Shown: one piece after another, positions 25,727 to 37,607 of the stretch
Position numbering within the stretch: the stretch's first letter is position 1
Layout of the letters: every line of letters starts with the position of its first letter
Made by a program: the position numbers and the translations under genes
Assembly (NCBI GenBank): GCA_964234715.1
Contig: OZ174282.1
Source of the DNA: Podarcis melisellensis
Taxonomy: Eukaryota
Reading direction: 5' to 3' (one strand)
Length of the DNA stretch: 64,000 nucleotides
The notes under the pieces: model-generated
What the model saw: the letters and a program-made list of their open reading frames with translations, nothing else
What the model was told of the DNA's origin: nothing
Database searches by the model: none

Positions 25727-25876
25727 GTGGACATGTTGAGTGAGATTAATATTGCTCCACGGATACTCACCAATTTCACTGGAGTGATGCCACCTCAGTT
25801 CAAGAAGGATTTGGATTCCTACCTCAAAACCCGTTCTCCAGTCACGTTCCTGTCCGACTTGCGTAGCAACTTGCAG
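25727..25876 (+). CDS. CNOT1: CNOT1 exon ([10 protein letters not shown]...RSNLQ)
   Basis: AG/GT boundaries; translation. Confidence 0.94.
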
Positions 25877-26663
25877 GTGAGGGGCTTACTCAAAAATCAG
25901 ATTGAGGAAGAGGTCTGGGAGTGGAGGTTAGCATGCAGTCCTATGTTTGCTGTGTCTTTTGCTCCAAAACAGGCTTTTAGGTCCTCTGTCTAAAGCAGGG
26001 CTCATCAACCTTATTTGGGGCTGTGGGCAGTTCTGGAATTTTGAGTGTGTCATTCTTTTACTCCTCCCCAAACAGAGATTTTCTTTACTTTTTTGTGGGG
26101 GGATATTTGGGTAAAAATGAGATCCAATAGGCTTAAAACAGATCTTGAATTTGCAGAGTTTTACATGGATTCCCTTAAAAATAAATATCAGATTGAGGCT
26201 TACAGTGGTGGACCCACAGTAAAAATCATAGATCTGGTGCTTGCCAGATGCATAGTTTAGTCATCAGAGAGGAAAGATCCCAGTTCAGCCCTGATCCCAC
26301 TGCAGAATGTGTCATACATCAACCCCTCTTAAAGAGACATAAATTAGGAAAAGATCAGTTTTACCTGGCCCAGATAATGCATCCTGATGGAGCTGTGGGT
26401 CTGTGTTTAGCAATTTTTTACTATATTGTAATGCAGGTATCTTTTAAAAACTAGTACGTAGTTGGGGATGGATTGTGCAGCATTAGTGATAGAGGAGATA
26501 AGAGAAACCTGCCTGCTGTTAAAGCTAATGGCTTTGGCAGACCTTTTAGTGAGTTATACTCCGCAGTTTAAATATTCGTAATCACATAATATATTTTCTT
26601 CAGGGCTCTTTGTCTCGGAGGTCCAAGGCAGTGATTTTGCTTCTTTTATGTTCACCCCACTAG

Positions 26664-26844
26664 GTATCAAATGAGCCTGGCAATCGCTACAATATCCAGC
26701 TGATAAATGCCCTGGTGCTGTATGTAGGTACTCAAGCTATTGCACATATTCACAACAAAGGTAGCACTCCTTCCATGAGCACCATCACCCACTCGGCTCA
26801 CATGGATATCTTCCAGAATCTTGCTGTTGACCTGGACACAGAAG
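26664..26844 (+). CDS. CNOT1: CNOT1 exon ([10 protein letters not shown]...DLDTE)
   Basis: AG/GT boundaries; translation. Confidence 0.94.
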
Positions 26845-27735
26845 GTAAAAAAGGAAGCTTGATAGTACTTCAAATCAGCTAGCCTAATGCTAAATCAGAT
26901 GCAAGAGGTTTATCTCTAGGTCTTTGGCTATGGGGAAAAAAGAGCCTGGGAAATCAACCTGGTGAGGTCAGACATAAATACTGTATAATTGATAATGGTG
27001 CTAGCCTTACAATTGATACTGGACTTCAGAGGCTAGTTGATAATTGCAGGTACTGGCGTTCTATGACATAATCAATCCCACATCTCACTATTTAGCCCAC
27101 ATGGATAATACTTTGCTTTAATCTGGCCAGATTGTACCCTAAAATATTGTTAGATTTTAGAAATTATGTTTAAAATATTCCACAACTAATATATAGAAAA
27201 TGTTTATTTAGTTCCATCTAAGTGGTGGGGAACTTCTAGCCCAAGGGCCAAATGTGGTCCTCCAGACCTCATCACTCTCCACCCCCAGCCCAGGCCATGA
27301 CCCACACTCTCCTTGGTTGAGTTTGTCAGCTTGGAATGTGTCTGTGAACTGTGATGATGCCTCTCGCTTGGCTGTATGGAGAACAGAAGTTAGTTGTATG
27401 TATCTGTAGAAACCGGTTACTTTTACATAGCTGGAATGCAGCTTAATGTCAAATCAGTTGCTTTTGCTTCTGATCCCACCCCTGGCATGTGGCCTCCAGG
27501 CTGCAAAATGTTGCCCGCGCCCCTTGTGTAAGCCAACAAGTTTATGAAAATGAATGAACTAGGAAACTTTGAGAAGTGAGCCTGGGAAATTCATGTCAAC
27601 TGGTGGCAGCGCCCATTTAATTAACCTTCCCGGCTTTCGGACATAACTCTTGGAACTAACAAATTAGCCAGGCAAGGACTGTTGATTTCCTTTGTGTTTA
27701 AGAGAATCTAACTATTGACCTTTTTTGTGTTCCAG

Positions 27736-27868
27736 GTCGGTATCTCTTCCTAAATGCAATTGCCAATCAGTTACGGTACCCAAACAGTCATACTCACTAT
27801 TTCAGCTGCACCATGCTTTACCTATTTGCAGAGGCCAACACTGAAGCTATTCAAGAACAAATCACCAG
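27736..27868 (+). CDS. CNOT1: CNOT1 exon ([19 protein letters not shown]...EQIT)
   Basis: AG/GT boundaries; hallmark ANQLRYPN motif. Confidence 0.95.
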
Positions 27869-28452
27869 GTAAGAGATCTGAGGAGTCTAAAACAATCCCT
27901 ACATTGCCTAGTTCTCACAAAAGAGCCAATGAGGAACTGGGGAGAAGCTTCAGGAGCTAACACTTAGTTGGTCCACTGCTATCTGAAGCTGTCCTGCCCA
28001 GCAACTAGGAAGAAAGTGGCTTGTCCCTGTTGCAGCAGTAGCAAGTCACTGCTGGCAATGTAACAAACACTCTAAGCTTTGCCCCTCTTATCCACATGTA
28101 GAGTAGGACATCCAGTGTTGATTAGAGGGTTCACATGGTTTGAAAGGCAGCTGTTGAGGTGGTTGCAGATTCCATACAAGGATCCTTTTCTGGATGGAGG
28201 AGCATTCATCCCCACAAATCTGCAGCTAGAGTCTGCAGTGGTGAAGCCTAGAATCAGGTTTCCCACTCTCACATTATATTGAGAAGCAAAGTCTTCCACA
28301 TTCTGAAAGCAGCATAGTGCTAATTAATGTTGCCAGACGCAAACCCATGAGGGTACCTATTCTCAGCAGGACCTTGATATTCCTGCATCATGTCTTTCAT
28401 ACTGGCACGCGGTGTGACTTCCCCCATGCCTTAATCTGTTTCTCTTTTACAG

Positions 28453-28587
28453 AGTTCTGCTAGAACGACTGATTGTAAATAGGCCTCACCCATGGGGTCT
28501 CCTTATTACCTTCATCGAGCTGATTAAAAACCCAGCATTTAAGTTCTGGAATCACGAGTTTGTCCATTGTGCTCCAGAAATTGAAAA
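28453..28587 (+). CDS. CNOT1: CNOT1 exon ([15 protein letters not shown]...PEIE)
   Basis: AG/GT boundaries; hallmark RPHPWGL motif. Confidence 0.95.
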
Positions 28588-28707
28588 GTGAGTAATTTTA
28601 AACAGTTAGTTGTTCAGTGTATTTGGGGGACTCAGTCCTAGGAACTCTGGTACTTGCAGAGGAGAGGAAGTTGTGCCTAGAAATAAAGTTTATTCTCCTT
28701 GTTGTAG

Positions 28708-28786
28708 GTTGTTCCAGTCTGTTGCGCAATGTTGTATGGGGCAAAAACAGGCACAACAAGTAATGGAAGGAACTGGAGCTAGTTAG
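28708..28786 (+). CDS. CNOT1: CNOT1 last coding exon ([10 protein letters not shown]...GTGAS*)
   Basis: tag| at 28707; TAG stop at 28784-28786. Confidence 0.95.
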
Positions 28787-29758
28787 AGAAAGCAACCACC
28801 CTGGAAATTGTGCCAGCCTGGAGATCTCCATCCCATCAAGCTGACAGAATAATGTGTGTGGGTCTAGCCAGACCTTGGAGGCTGCCTCTCCCTCCCCCAT
28901 GTTGGGCTTACATCACAGATCTTTGTGTGAGAAATCTCCTCCTCTGTGGGCATGTTCCAAAGTTTTAAAAACAAAAGTTTTGACTCTTGGCCAAAATTCA
29001 GAAGATGCTGTGAATATAATTTCGAACTATTGTAAATACACAGAACAGAAATATTTGTCTGAACTTTGGGTTTGTGCGAATTGTGTTTCAAGAGAGGCAC
29101 ATACTGTGTGCCTGACCAGCCTGTAATAGAAGTGGTGGCTGCTGATGCCAAGTGTTTTGTCTGGGGCAGATCTGCTCTCCTGACATTCCCAGACTCCCAA
29201 AGAATATGGAAAAGCCAGTTTAAATATTATGTAACTTATTTTTCTTGTGGGTGGGAGACCTGTAAATCACAAAGTTGTCAAAGAGGGGGGAAATGAATGC
29301 ATTGGAGCACAGGATCCTACAGTATATGGGGGACTGGGTGGGGGAAAGTTAGGATTAGGGTCCAGTATATTGCTTTTCCCAGTATCAAATGCTGCCAGCA
29401 AGAGGCACGAACGTTGGAGCGGAGGACTTCTTTTGTTTTGATTGGCAAAGATATACTTTGGGCCCTTTGGGAGAGGGCTAGTGGGTTTAGCAAAGGAAAC
29501 AAGAGACCAGGCCTGTAGATTTTCTTTCTTGACACTTGTAAATTTTGGGATGGGGAGGATGTGAATCTGTTAACTGCTCCCCTGTGGCCACAAAGTTTGA
29601 GTTTGTAAAAAGAACAAAAAGGACCAATACAGCCCATTTTGTAAGGATTTTGAATGTTTTGTAAATGTATTGGTCCATGTGTTGTATTTTGTAGCCTTTC
29701 TAGTTCTCTTGGGCTTTAGTTCTCCCACTTCTTGTATGTATGCATTCTGTAGTTAAAC

Positions 29759-29764
29759 ATTAAA
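29759..29764 (+). terminator. Probable CNOT1 polyadenylation signal (ATTAAA)
   Basis: ATTAAA ~970 nt after the stop, preceded by several TGTA elements and followed by GT-rich sequence. Confidence 0.6.
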
Positions 29765-30359
29765 GTCATGAAAAGCAGCACATGTCCATGTTTCCTCATA
29801 ATCTATGACGAATGTTGTTAAATGTTCTTCACTGCTTATATTTTCAACATAAATCTAATTCCTTTTTATACTATCAAGAAGATGCAGTACATCAAACAAT
29901 CTAATATATTGCTACTTTAATTAACAATGTTTAACTGCTATCTTAAGAGGATAAAAATGAGGCATCAGTAAAATGTAAGCAAGAATCCTATTCTTGCTGA
30001 TTCCCTGGGCAGTTAAGTGGGCTTCCAATAAGGGTTTTTAAAAAAAACCAAAAAAAAAACCTAGGAGCTTTCACTTAGTGCACATGTTCAGGCCTAGAGA
30101 TGGTACCTCCAGGTGAACAAACAAAGGGCCAGAGCAGGATGTACACTAGGAGGTGGCCCTTCTACCTTCAGATGGCATGAACTAGGGTTCAAAATGAATA
30201 GTCCTGGTGCTGCAATCACCATCAAGGATTTACCGGGGGAGAGAATACTCGATAAATAGAACTGTCCAGTACACCATTTGACCCCATTCATCCTTCATAC
30301 TCAAAGTGTCCATTAAAGTGGCAATAACACAGGTTTCTCACTTATCAATACAAATACAC

Positions 30360-30365
30360 TTTATT
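30360..30365 (-). terminator. Probable SETD6 polyadenylation signal (AATAAA on -)
   Basis: tttatt on +, ~700 nt past the SETD6 stop. Confidence 0.6.
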
Positions 30366-31060
30366 GTTTAAAAACTCCAAGCCTAGTCTTAAACTATGCA
30401 TCTGTGCAGCTCATCTGGCCAGAGGTGGGATGGGAAGACGGTTGGAAAAAGCAAAAGACAAAGGCATTCAAAATGTAAAATAATATAATAGACTTGACAG
30501 TGAAAATGTTTTTAGGAACATTTTTTTCAACTTCAAAGAAGCATGAACATTCCCAGGGATGAGGAAGAGCATCTAGACAGTAAGCAAGTGAAATATGTTA
30601 ATCTTTGTTCAGCAGCGCAAACATCTGCACCTAGAGTGCTAGATCTGATCACAGTCCTTTGGGAGAGGGGGACATCCCATATCACTAATGCCCTATTTAC
30701 TGGGTCTCACAGGTGTTGTAAACGTGGCCATCTTACCAGCTGATTTAATGTACAGGGGGTCCTAAGAGGTGGAGAAACTGGCTTTCCAGGTGTCCTTTGA
30801 CTCCAACTTCCATTAGTCTCAGCTGGCATGACCTGGCCCATAATGGTCAGGGATGATTGGAGTTGTCCAAGTGCATCTACAGAAACACAGATTCCCCAGC
30901 TGTGTCAATTCTGTGCTGTGTAAATTGGTAGCTTTGCTACCTGTGGATATAATTGATACTCACAGAAACACATTTTTATATAAAAATAAATGCCTCTGCC
31001 TTTATAGAAACCTTTAGCTAAGCCTCCCAGGCCAACAGCACTTGCCTTCATCAGCTGCAG

Positions 31061-31378
31061 CTAGCTTGCTAGCTCCAGCAACTGGTGCAAAATCATCTTC
31101 TGGCCATAACGCACTTGCAGGGCAAACTTCTCCCGGCAGCTTAGTTTTGAATAAGCTTGAGGGTCTCTGAGCACTTCTTCCTCTGCTTTTAAGTCTGAGC
31201 TGTATGACTTCAGGGTTAGCAGTGTAGCATCAAAGAGCAGCTTTTTCCAGGAGGCTTCAAGCCTTGGTATTGTAGTATTTGAGAGCATCAGGAACATAGC
31301 ACCATCCTCGCCTGCTTTGGGTTCCTGGGTCTCTTGCTCCTTAAACTCCTTGAACTCATCTGCAGACATAGTCAGCAC
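31061..31378 (-). CDS. SETD6: SETD6 last exon (VLTMSADEFK...LELAS*)
   Basis: Acceptor tag|; ORF track 31061..31378. Confidence 0.95.
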   Translation of the reverse strand: MLTMSADEFKEFKEQETQEPKAGEDGAMFLMLSNTTIPRLEASWKKLLFDATLLTLKSYSSDLKAEEEVLRDPQAYSKLSCREKFALQVRYGQKMILHQLLELAS

Positions 31379-31846
31379 CTACAGCCACAAAGAAATGGGA
31401 TTATTGAGAGCTACCTTCTTGGTCTCTTAAGTAACTTCAAGGCATCAACAGCCCCACAGATGTTGGTAAACATTCTGCAAAAGGGATCCTGCTGTTGATT
31501 CTCAGGATTTAAAATTCTGGACCTTCCCCTCTCCCAAGTTAAGTTACATTCTGGAAGAGATTCATAATATAATGAAGTAAATATGTGAGAGCATCTTGAA
31601 AAACATCAAAATTAGATGGATACGTTTATATAATTATTATTTTTTGGGGGGGGGGCGGACATTTGCTAGTTTCCATAGACAGAATTTGGAGGAACAGCAG
31701 ACAAGTCATTCAAAATGTTTTGAAATTAAGTTTCCATTGAGACAACTGAAACAGGCAGCAAGAAATATAAATGTGTATAAAGGAACACAGCATTTAATCC
31801 ATGTATGTAACTTGGTTAGTGATTATGTTCAAAGCAAAAGAAACTA

Positions 31847-32063
31847 CAGTGGTACCTTGGTACTTGAACAGCTTGGCTCCCGAACCCAGAAGTAAGTGTT
31901 TCGGTTTGCAAACATTTTTCGGAAGCCAAACATCCGACACAGCTTCCACTTGAGTGCAGGAAGCTCCTGCAGCCAATCAGAAGCCGTGCCTTTGTTTTTG
32001 AACGGTTTCGGGAGTGGAACTGACTCCTGGAATGGATTAAGTTTGAGAACCAAGGCACCACTG
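31847..32063. mobile_element. Tigger/pogo-like MITE
   Basis: TA|cagtggtaccttgg ... ccaaggcaccactg|TA. Confidence 0.85.
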
Positions 32064-33192
32064 TATATATTAGTACTAAAACTGTCCTTTGACAAGCACC
32101 TGCAGGAAATTTGGCAGACCATTTAGAGCTCAAGGTCAGTGAGGCTGTTGGCCCCCTAAAGCCACAGAGAAAGAAGTCCCAAGGGATGGAAGCAGAATCT
32201 CTCTAGCCACATTTCTCCCTTTCCTGGGAACAATGACAGCACCACAGAAGATACGTCATTGCCACACAGCATAAAAAGTTCAGACCTGCCCCATTCATTC
32301 CACTACAGAATATACGGCTGATTACGCGGGGAAGTGGTGGTTGCATAAAGAGAGAACGTGGTGGAAGCTGCCTGGGACTTCAGCAGAAAGCAACAAGTTA
32401 AAGAGTCTCAGTGGAAGAATTTGCATGCCATGTAGCAGAACTTGTGAGAGGTGGAATGAAGGCTGCTTCCTACATTTTCTAAATCCTGTCCATTAAAATA
32501 AACAGCAGTAGCAGGCCAGGAGTACATGTGCACATCTTCACCCTGGTCCAGCAAGTGAGCCAGTCCCTGGAGGAAAGAGAAGCACACTTGCCCAACCAAT
32601 AGCTTCTCTGTAGCTGGCTGTGCTCTTTCTTAGGAGGCGTCCCAGAACCCAGGGATAGGGGGGGTTGCACAAAAACATCAAAGCACACAGACAGCCCACA
32701 GAGCGACTCTGTAATGGGCAATGCCTCCAGTGGAGACAAGCTCTGGAAAGACTTCAAAATGACCAGTGCATTGTGACAGGTGAGTTTTTGTGCTGCCTCC
32801 AGCAAAAAACAAAGCACAGCTGCCCCCTCCCTTGCAATCTGCAGACTGACAGAGGAATTTGCTTCTTACCCAGCCAGCTAAGACTGAAGCACTCTTCTCC
32901 TTTCTGGGGTTGCAATGCCCAGGTGCCAAAGTGGCATTAGCAAGCCCCCAAGCAACCTCAGGCCTCCCTGCCTGCTACTGGAAGAAGCCTTCACAAGTCA
33001 CACCTCCACTGACCAACAGAGAGGAGTTGTCCTCCCTCCATCTAAACTGAAAGAATCTTCAGATTAAGTCCAACATGCCACCCCTGTAAAGTAAAACTCT
33101 TGTCAACTGCTTAAGTAATCACAGCAAGCATGTATGGGAGTAAAATGGCCTCCCAGGAGTCTAATGGCGCAGCAACCAGCCAGAGCCCTTAC

Positions 33193-33335
33193 CTTCAATG
33201 CCATGGCCAGCTCTTCTTCAGTTAAGACTCTCTCCCAGCCGATCACAAAAGCCCCTTCCTCACCCACCATCTCCATCTGGCAGAGGAAGTCCCATTGCTC
33301 CAAGACCAGCTGCCGTTGAGCTTCTGTCTTTGTAG
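33193..33335 (-). CDS. SETD6: SETD6 exon 8 ([10 protein letters not shown]...AMALK)
   Basis: AG/GT boundaries; translation. Confidence 0.92.
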
Positions 33336-33893
33336 CTGGTGGAGGGAGACAAAAGCAGCAGGTGCAGGTTCAACAGGCAGCAGAGGGAGCATTGGCTTCA
33401 GTCAAAAGCAGAAGCGCATCATTTCGTCTAATCCAGCGTAGTGCCGCAGCTAACAGTGCCTGGCAGGGGCCAGAGAGGCCCAGCTTCAAGTCCTCACTCA
33501 GTCCCAACAAGACTTTGGACTATTGTGTCTAACTTGTCCCACAGAGTTGTGAAGGGGGGGAGAGAGGGAGAGGGTGAAAACCTTGAATGCCATCCAGAGC
33601 ATCATGGAGGAAAGTTCCATGCCTTCAGATTATTTTGTTTTAAATTGGCATTATGACCCAGGAGGTGTTATGCAAGATTGGGAAGCAAAGTAATCAAGCT
33701 ATTCTGTTCTGGATGCCACCAGCAGCTGCAGAAGTCACATACAAACACCTGTATTTAAATGCAGCCTCCGCCTATTAAAAACATAGCTGGAAAAAGCAAC
33801 ACAAGGTGACAGACAGATGGATTTTCAGATATCCTCTTACTCTGCTGATTTATGTTTCTTTTTTTAAAAAGTGTCTCCTGGCCAGCCTCTTGC

Positions 33894-34074
33894 CTTGCAG
33901 TGCTGCTTTGCATAGTGTCAGCATCTGGATGTCAGCAGCATCGTTTGTGTTGCCAGGATACGGTTCAGCAAAGCCATACATGTGGAGGAGCTGCCAGTTT
34001 GCCATCTCCCCATAAGTGTTGAAGATCTCTTGGCCTTTGCAGATGGACTGAGTTGCAACCATTTTCAATACCTC
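33894..34074 (-). CDS. SETD6: SETD6 exon 7 ([10 protein letters not shown]...KAALQ), GC donor
   Basis: cag| acceptor; CAAG|gcaaga donor gives the phase needed by exon 8. Confidence 0.88.
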
Positions 34075-35771
34075 CTGCAGACAAAAGAGGGAAGTAAAAC
34101 TTGACAGATCCTGTCCAGTCCTGAGAATCTCCCAAGAAAAAGTTTTCCTCTGCCCCACTCATCTCCTGCAGTTTTCTCCACTCCTGCAATGTGTGCAACA
34201 GATGAGGAATAACAAAAGGGATGCAGTTGGAGGAGGAAGATAGAAGGTAGAGTAGCAGACATCTTCCCTGTTTTTCACTCTTAGGAAGCATTGGCTTACA
34301 CTCCCAAGCATTCCCCTGAAATGCACCATATTTGCTGTGAATGCTCTTCAGAGACAGGAGAAAATTCTGGAGAGGGATGGAAGAAAGCAGAGCCTCTCAC
34401 CCATCTGCTGCCGAGAAAGGACACTCCGTGGAAAGGCTGCATGAGGGATGGGGGAGCTTTTTAGCTCAATGGGCCAAACTGTTCTCTCTCCAACCCCCTT
34501 TGGGCCTGGCAACCCCATGGCATCACAGGAGTCTTCAGAAGTCCTTCTCAAAGCTCTATTTCATGCAGCACTTTGAAATAGGCTTTGTAGGCCCTGTCAA
34601 CCAGCTGATCAGTAGTGCCTGCAAAGTCCCTTTTGGCTGAACCAGATAGGTGAGACCCATGCATTCCCAAATACAGTTGCTTGCAAAGTGATGAAAACAG
34701 AATCCAAGCACCGAAAATCAAGGGTGCGCCTGAGATCGGAATCAAGGGTGTGCCTTTTTGCCCAACAACAGACCTGTAAATTTTTTCATTAAGATTTTTT
34801 ACAGGTTTGATTTCAGGGACTGTGATGAGGGGAACAAGAAACAACAGCTTCTTACTTAAGCAGTCCCTCTCACTCAACAATCTAGGAAGAGATTTTCTCA
34901 AGTCCAGGAAGAGCAATTGCATGACCTGATGTCAGTCATGTTGCTGCCGCCCAAGGATTCCTACTGGTACTTGGGAGCTAGAGAAAATGTACTTGGTTTA
35001 ATTTCCTGCATTTTAGCAAAGATCAGCTCTCCAAACAGCTTCAATTTAAATTCCACAAGGTACAATGTAAGGAGGAGGGAGGAGAAGAGAACAAAGTTCC
35101 AAAGGGGGCCGAGATTATGTCTACACAACTCCTACTCTTTCTCCTTTCCTTTCATCCTTGGCTCTCCACAATGACATATTTCACTGATTAACCAAACAGG
35201 AGAAGCAGCTAAGTTACAATTAGCTGAAGCTATGGGCTAAGCATCCCCATTATGCCGAAGGACACAGAAAGGGCACACATAGATCAGAACCTTCTTCACC
35301 AGTCTTCCAAAGATAAATCACAACAAATAATTCCTACCACAGAGTGGAATGACACCTTGGTCATTTTCTTATGGCAGGAATTCTCAGTCTGCATCACAGT
35401 GAGTCTCCCCTGAGCAAGAAATGAACCATCTGAGCCTTTCAGTACTGGGAGAAAACTCCACACATTCTTCAAGGCAAAAGGAAGATGGGCAGAGTTGACA
35501 GAAGACTCTCTTTCTCCAGGCAAAAATCCCAGCAGGTCAAGCAGCTACAGATGGCATATCCTGCTTTTCCTTATGGAAGCAGAAACTGCTGCAAGAAGGA
35601 ATTGTTCCTTTGGCCACTGCAGAGCTGCATCGAGGACGAATAGTCCTCTGGTCTGAACAAGTCATAACACACATGATGGGAACTGTGACTCAGACATCCA
35701 GGAAAAAACCACTTGGCCCTTTGAAAATTCACACCTCAGGGAATAGATCTAAAAGACTGGGGGAGGTTGGT

Positions 35772-35773
<2 letters not shown>

Positions 35774-35815
<42 letters not shown>
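35774..35815. repeat. (CA)n microsatellite, ~21 units
   Basis: Seen directly, ~40 nt downstream of the SETD6 exon 6 donor. Confidence 0.95.
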
Positions 35816-35818
<3 letters not shown>

Positions 35819-35853
35819 CTTAAGTACATCTAAGCTCTGTATGCTCTGCTCAC

Positions 35854-35977
35854 CGGCGAATATTCCAAGTTGGCATTGTGGTCAGCCACGTGATTCAAGA
35901 GATCTGCCATGGGCACCATCACTGGGGGATTGGGCTCCTCCTCATCTTCCTCTTCTTCATCCAAAGGCTCCTGGAAA
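35854..35977 (-). CDS. SETD6: SETD6 exon 6 ([10 protein letters not shown]...LEYSP)
   Basis: AG/GT boundaries; SET NH motif. Confidence 0.93.
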
Positions 35978-36146
35978 CTAGTGGGGAACAAAACAGAGAG
36001 ATACTAGACCAAGGCAGCTTTAAGTACAGCTAAATCATGCTGAGGTTGGTGAGAGGGAGAGATGCAAATGGCTCTGAAAATGGCTACTAGTTTAGAAACT
36101 GCAACACACAATCCAAGACCTGCCCCTGAACTCAATCTGAGCTTTA

Positions 36147-36871
36147 CAGTGGTGCCCCGCAAGACGAATGCCTCGCAAGACGAAAAACCCGCAAGACGAA
36201 AGGGTTTTTCGGTTTTTGCGACGCTTCGCTAGACGATTTTCCCTATGGGCTTGCATCGCAAGACGAAAGCCCATAGGGAAATCTCGGGGACCTTTTTTTA
36301 AATGCTGGCGGTGGGGAGCAAAGCCTTTTCCCCCCCTCCGGACTTCAGAAGAGGTCCAGGAAGGCCGGCGGGGGCGAAAGGCTTTGCTCCCCACCGCCAG
36401 CATTTTAAAAGCGGTCCGGGATAGCAGGGAATCGCTTCCCGCTATCCCGGACGGCTTTTGAAGGCAGGCGGGGGGAGCAAAGACTTTTGCCCCCCGCCCG
36501 CCTTGGGAAGAGGTCCTGCCTTCCCGGGGGCTTTTAAATCGCCCCGGGACAGCTGAGAATTCCTCCGCTGTTCCGGGGCAATTTTAAAATGCTGGCGGGC
36601 AACAGCGAAGGCTTCGCTGCCGCCCGCCAGCATTTTAAAAGCCCCCGGGACTGTCCCGGAAAGGCAGGCGGGGGGGGGAAGCAAAGACTTTCGCCCCCGC
36701 CAGCCTTCAGAAGAGGTCGGGGGACAGACTGTCCCCAGACCTGGTCTGAAGGCGGTTCGGTTTCCATAGGAACGCATTAATTGATTTTTAATGCATTCCT
36801 ATGGGAAACCGTGCTTCGCAAGACGAAAAGACTTGCGGAACGAATTAATTTCGTCTTGCGAGGCACCACTG
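36147..36871. mobile_element. Young Tigger/pogo-like MITE (725 bp)
   Basis: TA|cagtggtgccccgcaagacgaa ... ttcgtcttgcgaggcaccactg|TA; subterminal gcaagacgaa repeats; CpG-rich. Confidence 0.9.
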
Positions 36872-37412
36872 TACTTTAAAGAGCCTTATCTAGGGTGCCC
36901 AAGCAGCATAGAACAGCCTTTTTCAACCTTAGTTCCCCAAATGTGGTTGGACTAAAAACCCCATCATCCCTAGTGAGAAGGACCAGCAGTCAGAGATAAT
37001 AGGAGTTATGATCCAACCACATCAGAGGGCCAGGTAGGCACATTTGACCTCTGGGCCTGTGGTTCCCCATCCCTGCTATGCTTTATGCAAGGAAAGTTCC
37101 AACTGTCCAAGGCCAGAGATGTGGAAAGGAAGAGAGGCACAGCAGTGACACTTCTCTTCTTTGTTGATAGGCAACATTTGCTTTTCTGCCTTCTCAGTTC
37201 ACCAAAAACTGAACCCCATCTGGGACTCCTCTTATCAACTCACTTCCTGCATATATTTAGTTTCTCAACCTCAATGCTTCTCAGGTGCCCTCTCTTGAAA
37301 CTCCAAAGCACAGTGTCCCAGATGGAAGGCAACAGTACACACCCTGCTCGCCCCTCGGCAGTTTAGAGAGTGACCACTCATGGCTCCCACCTTTCCTCTC
37401 TCTCTCTCTCAC

Positions 37413-37607
37413 CTGTATGCCATGACAAAGGCCACCAGCTTCTTGTAGAGCTCCAGAGTGTGCACCTCAGGGTCAAATATATCTGGGTGGGCCTTCAGGA
37501 AAGGCAGGATGATGGTGGAATACTCTGTCTGGATATTGGCCAAGTCCTTGTCCACAGCTTCTGGAATCCCTGTTCCTTGCAGAAGTCTCATCTGCTCTTC
37601 TTTACTC
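37413..37607 (-). CDS. SETD6: SETD6 exon 5 ([10 protein letters not shown]...VMAY)
   Basis: AG/GT boundaries; ORF track 37409..37615. Confidence 0.93.

Larger units (their letters stand above)
1031..28786 (+). other. CNOT1: CNOT1 gene, 3' portion (30 coding exons; 5' exons lie upstream of the window)
   Basis: Exons with GT/GC-AG boundaries join into one frame (4652 nt) encoding CNOT1 peptides [29 protein letters not shown] ... QVMEGTGAS*; syntenic with SETD6 and NDRG4. Confidence 0.98.

Noticed and set aside
36160-36270. Interspaced gcaagacgaa repeats that look CRISPR-like
   Set aside because: Irregular spacing, inside MITE terminal repeats, vertebrate DNA, no cas genes
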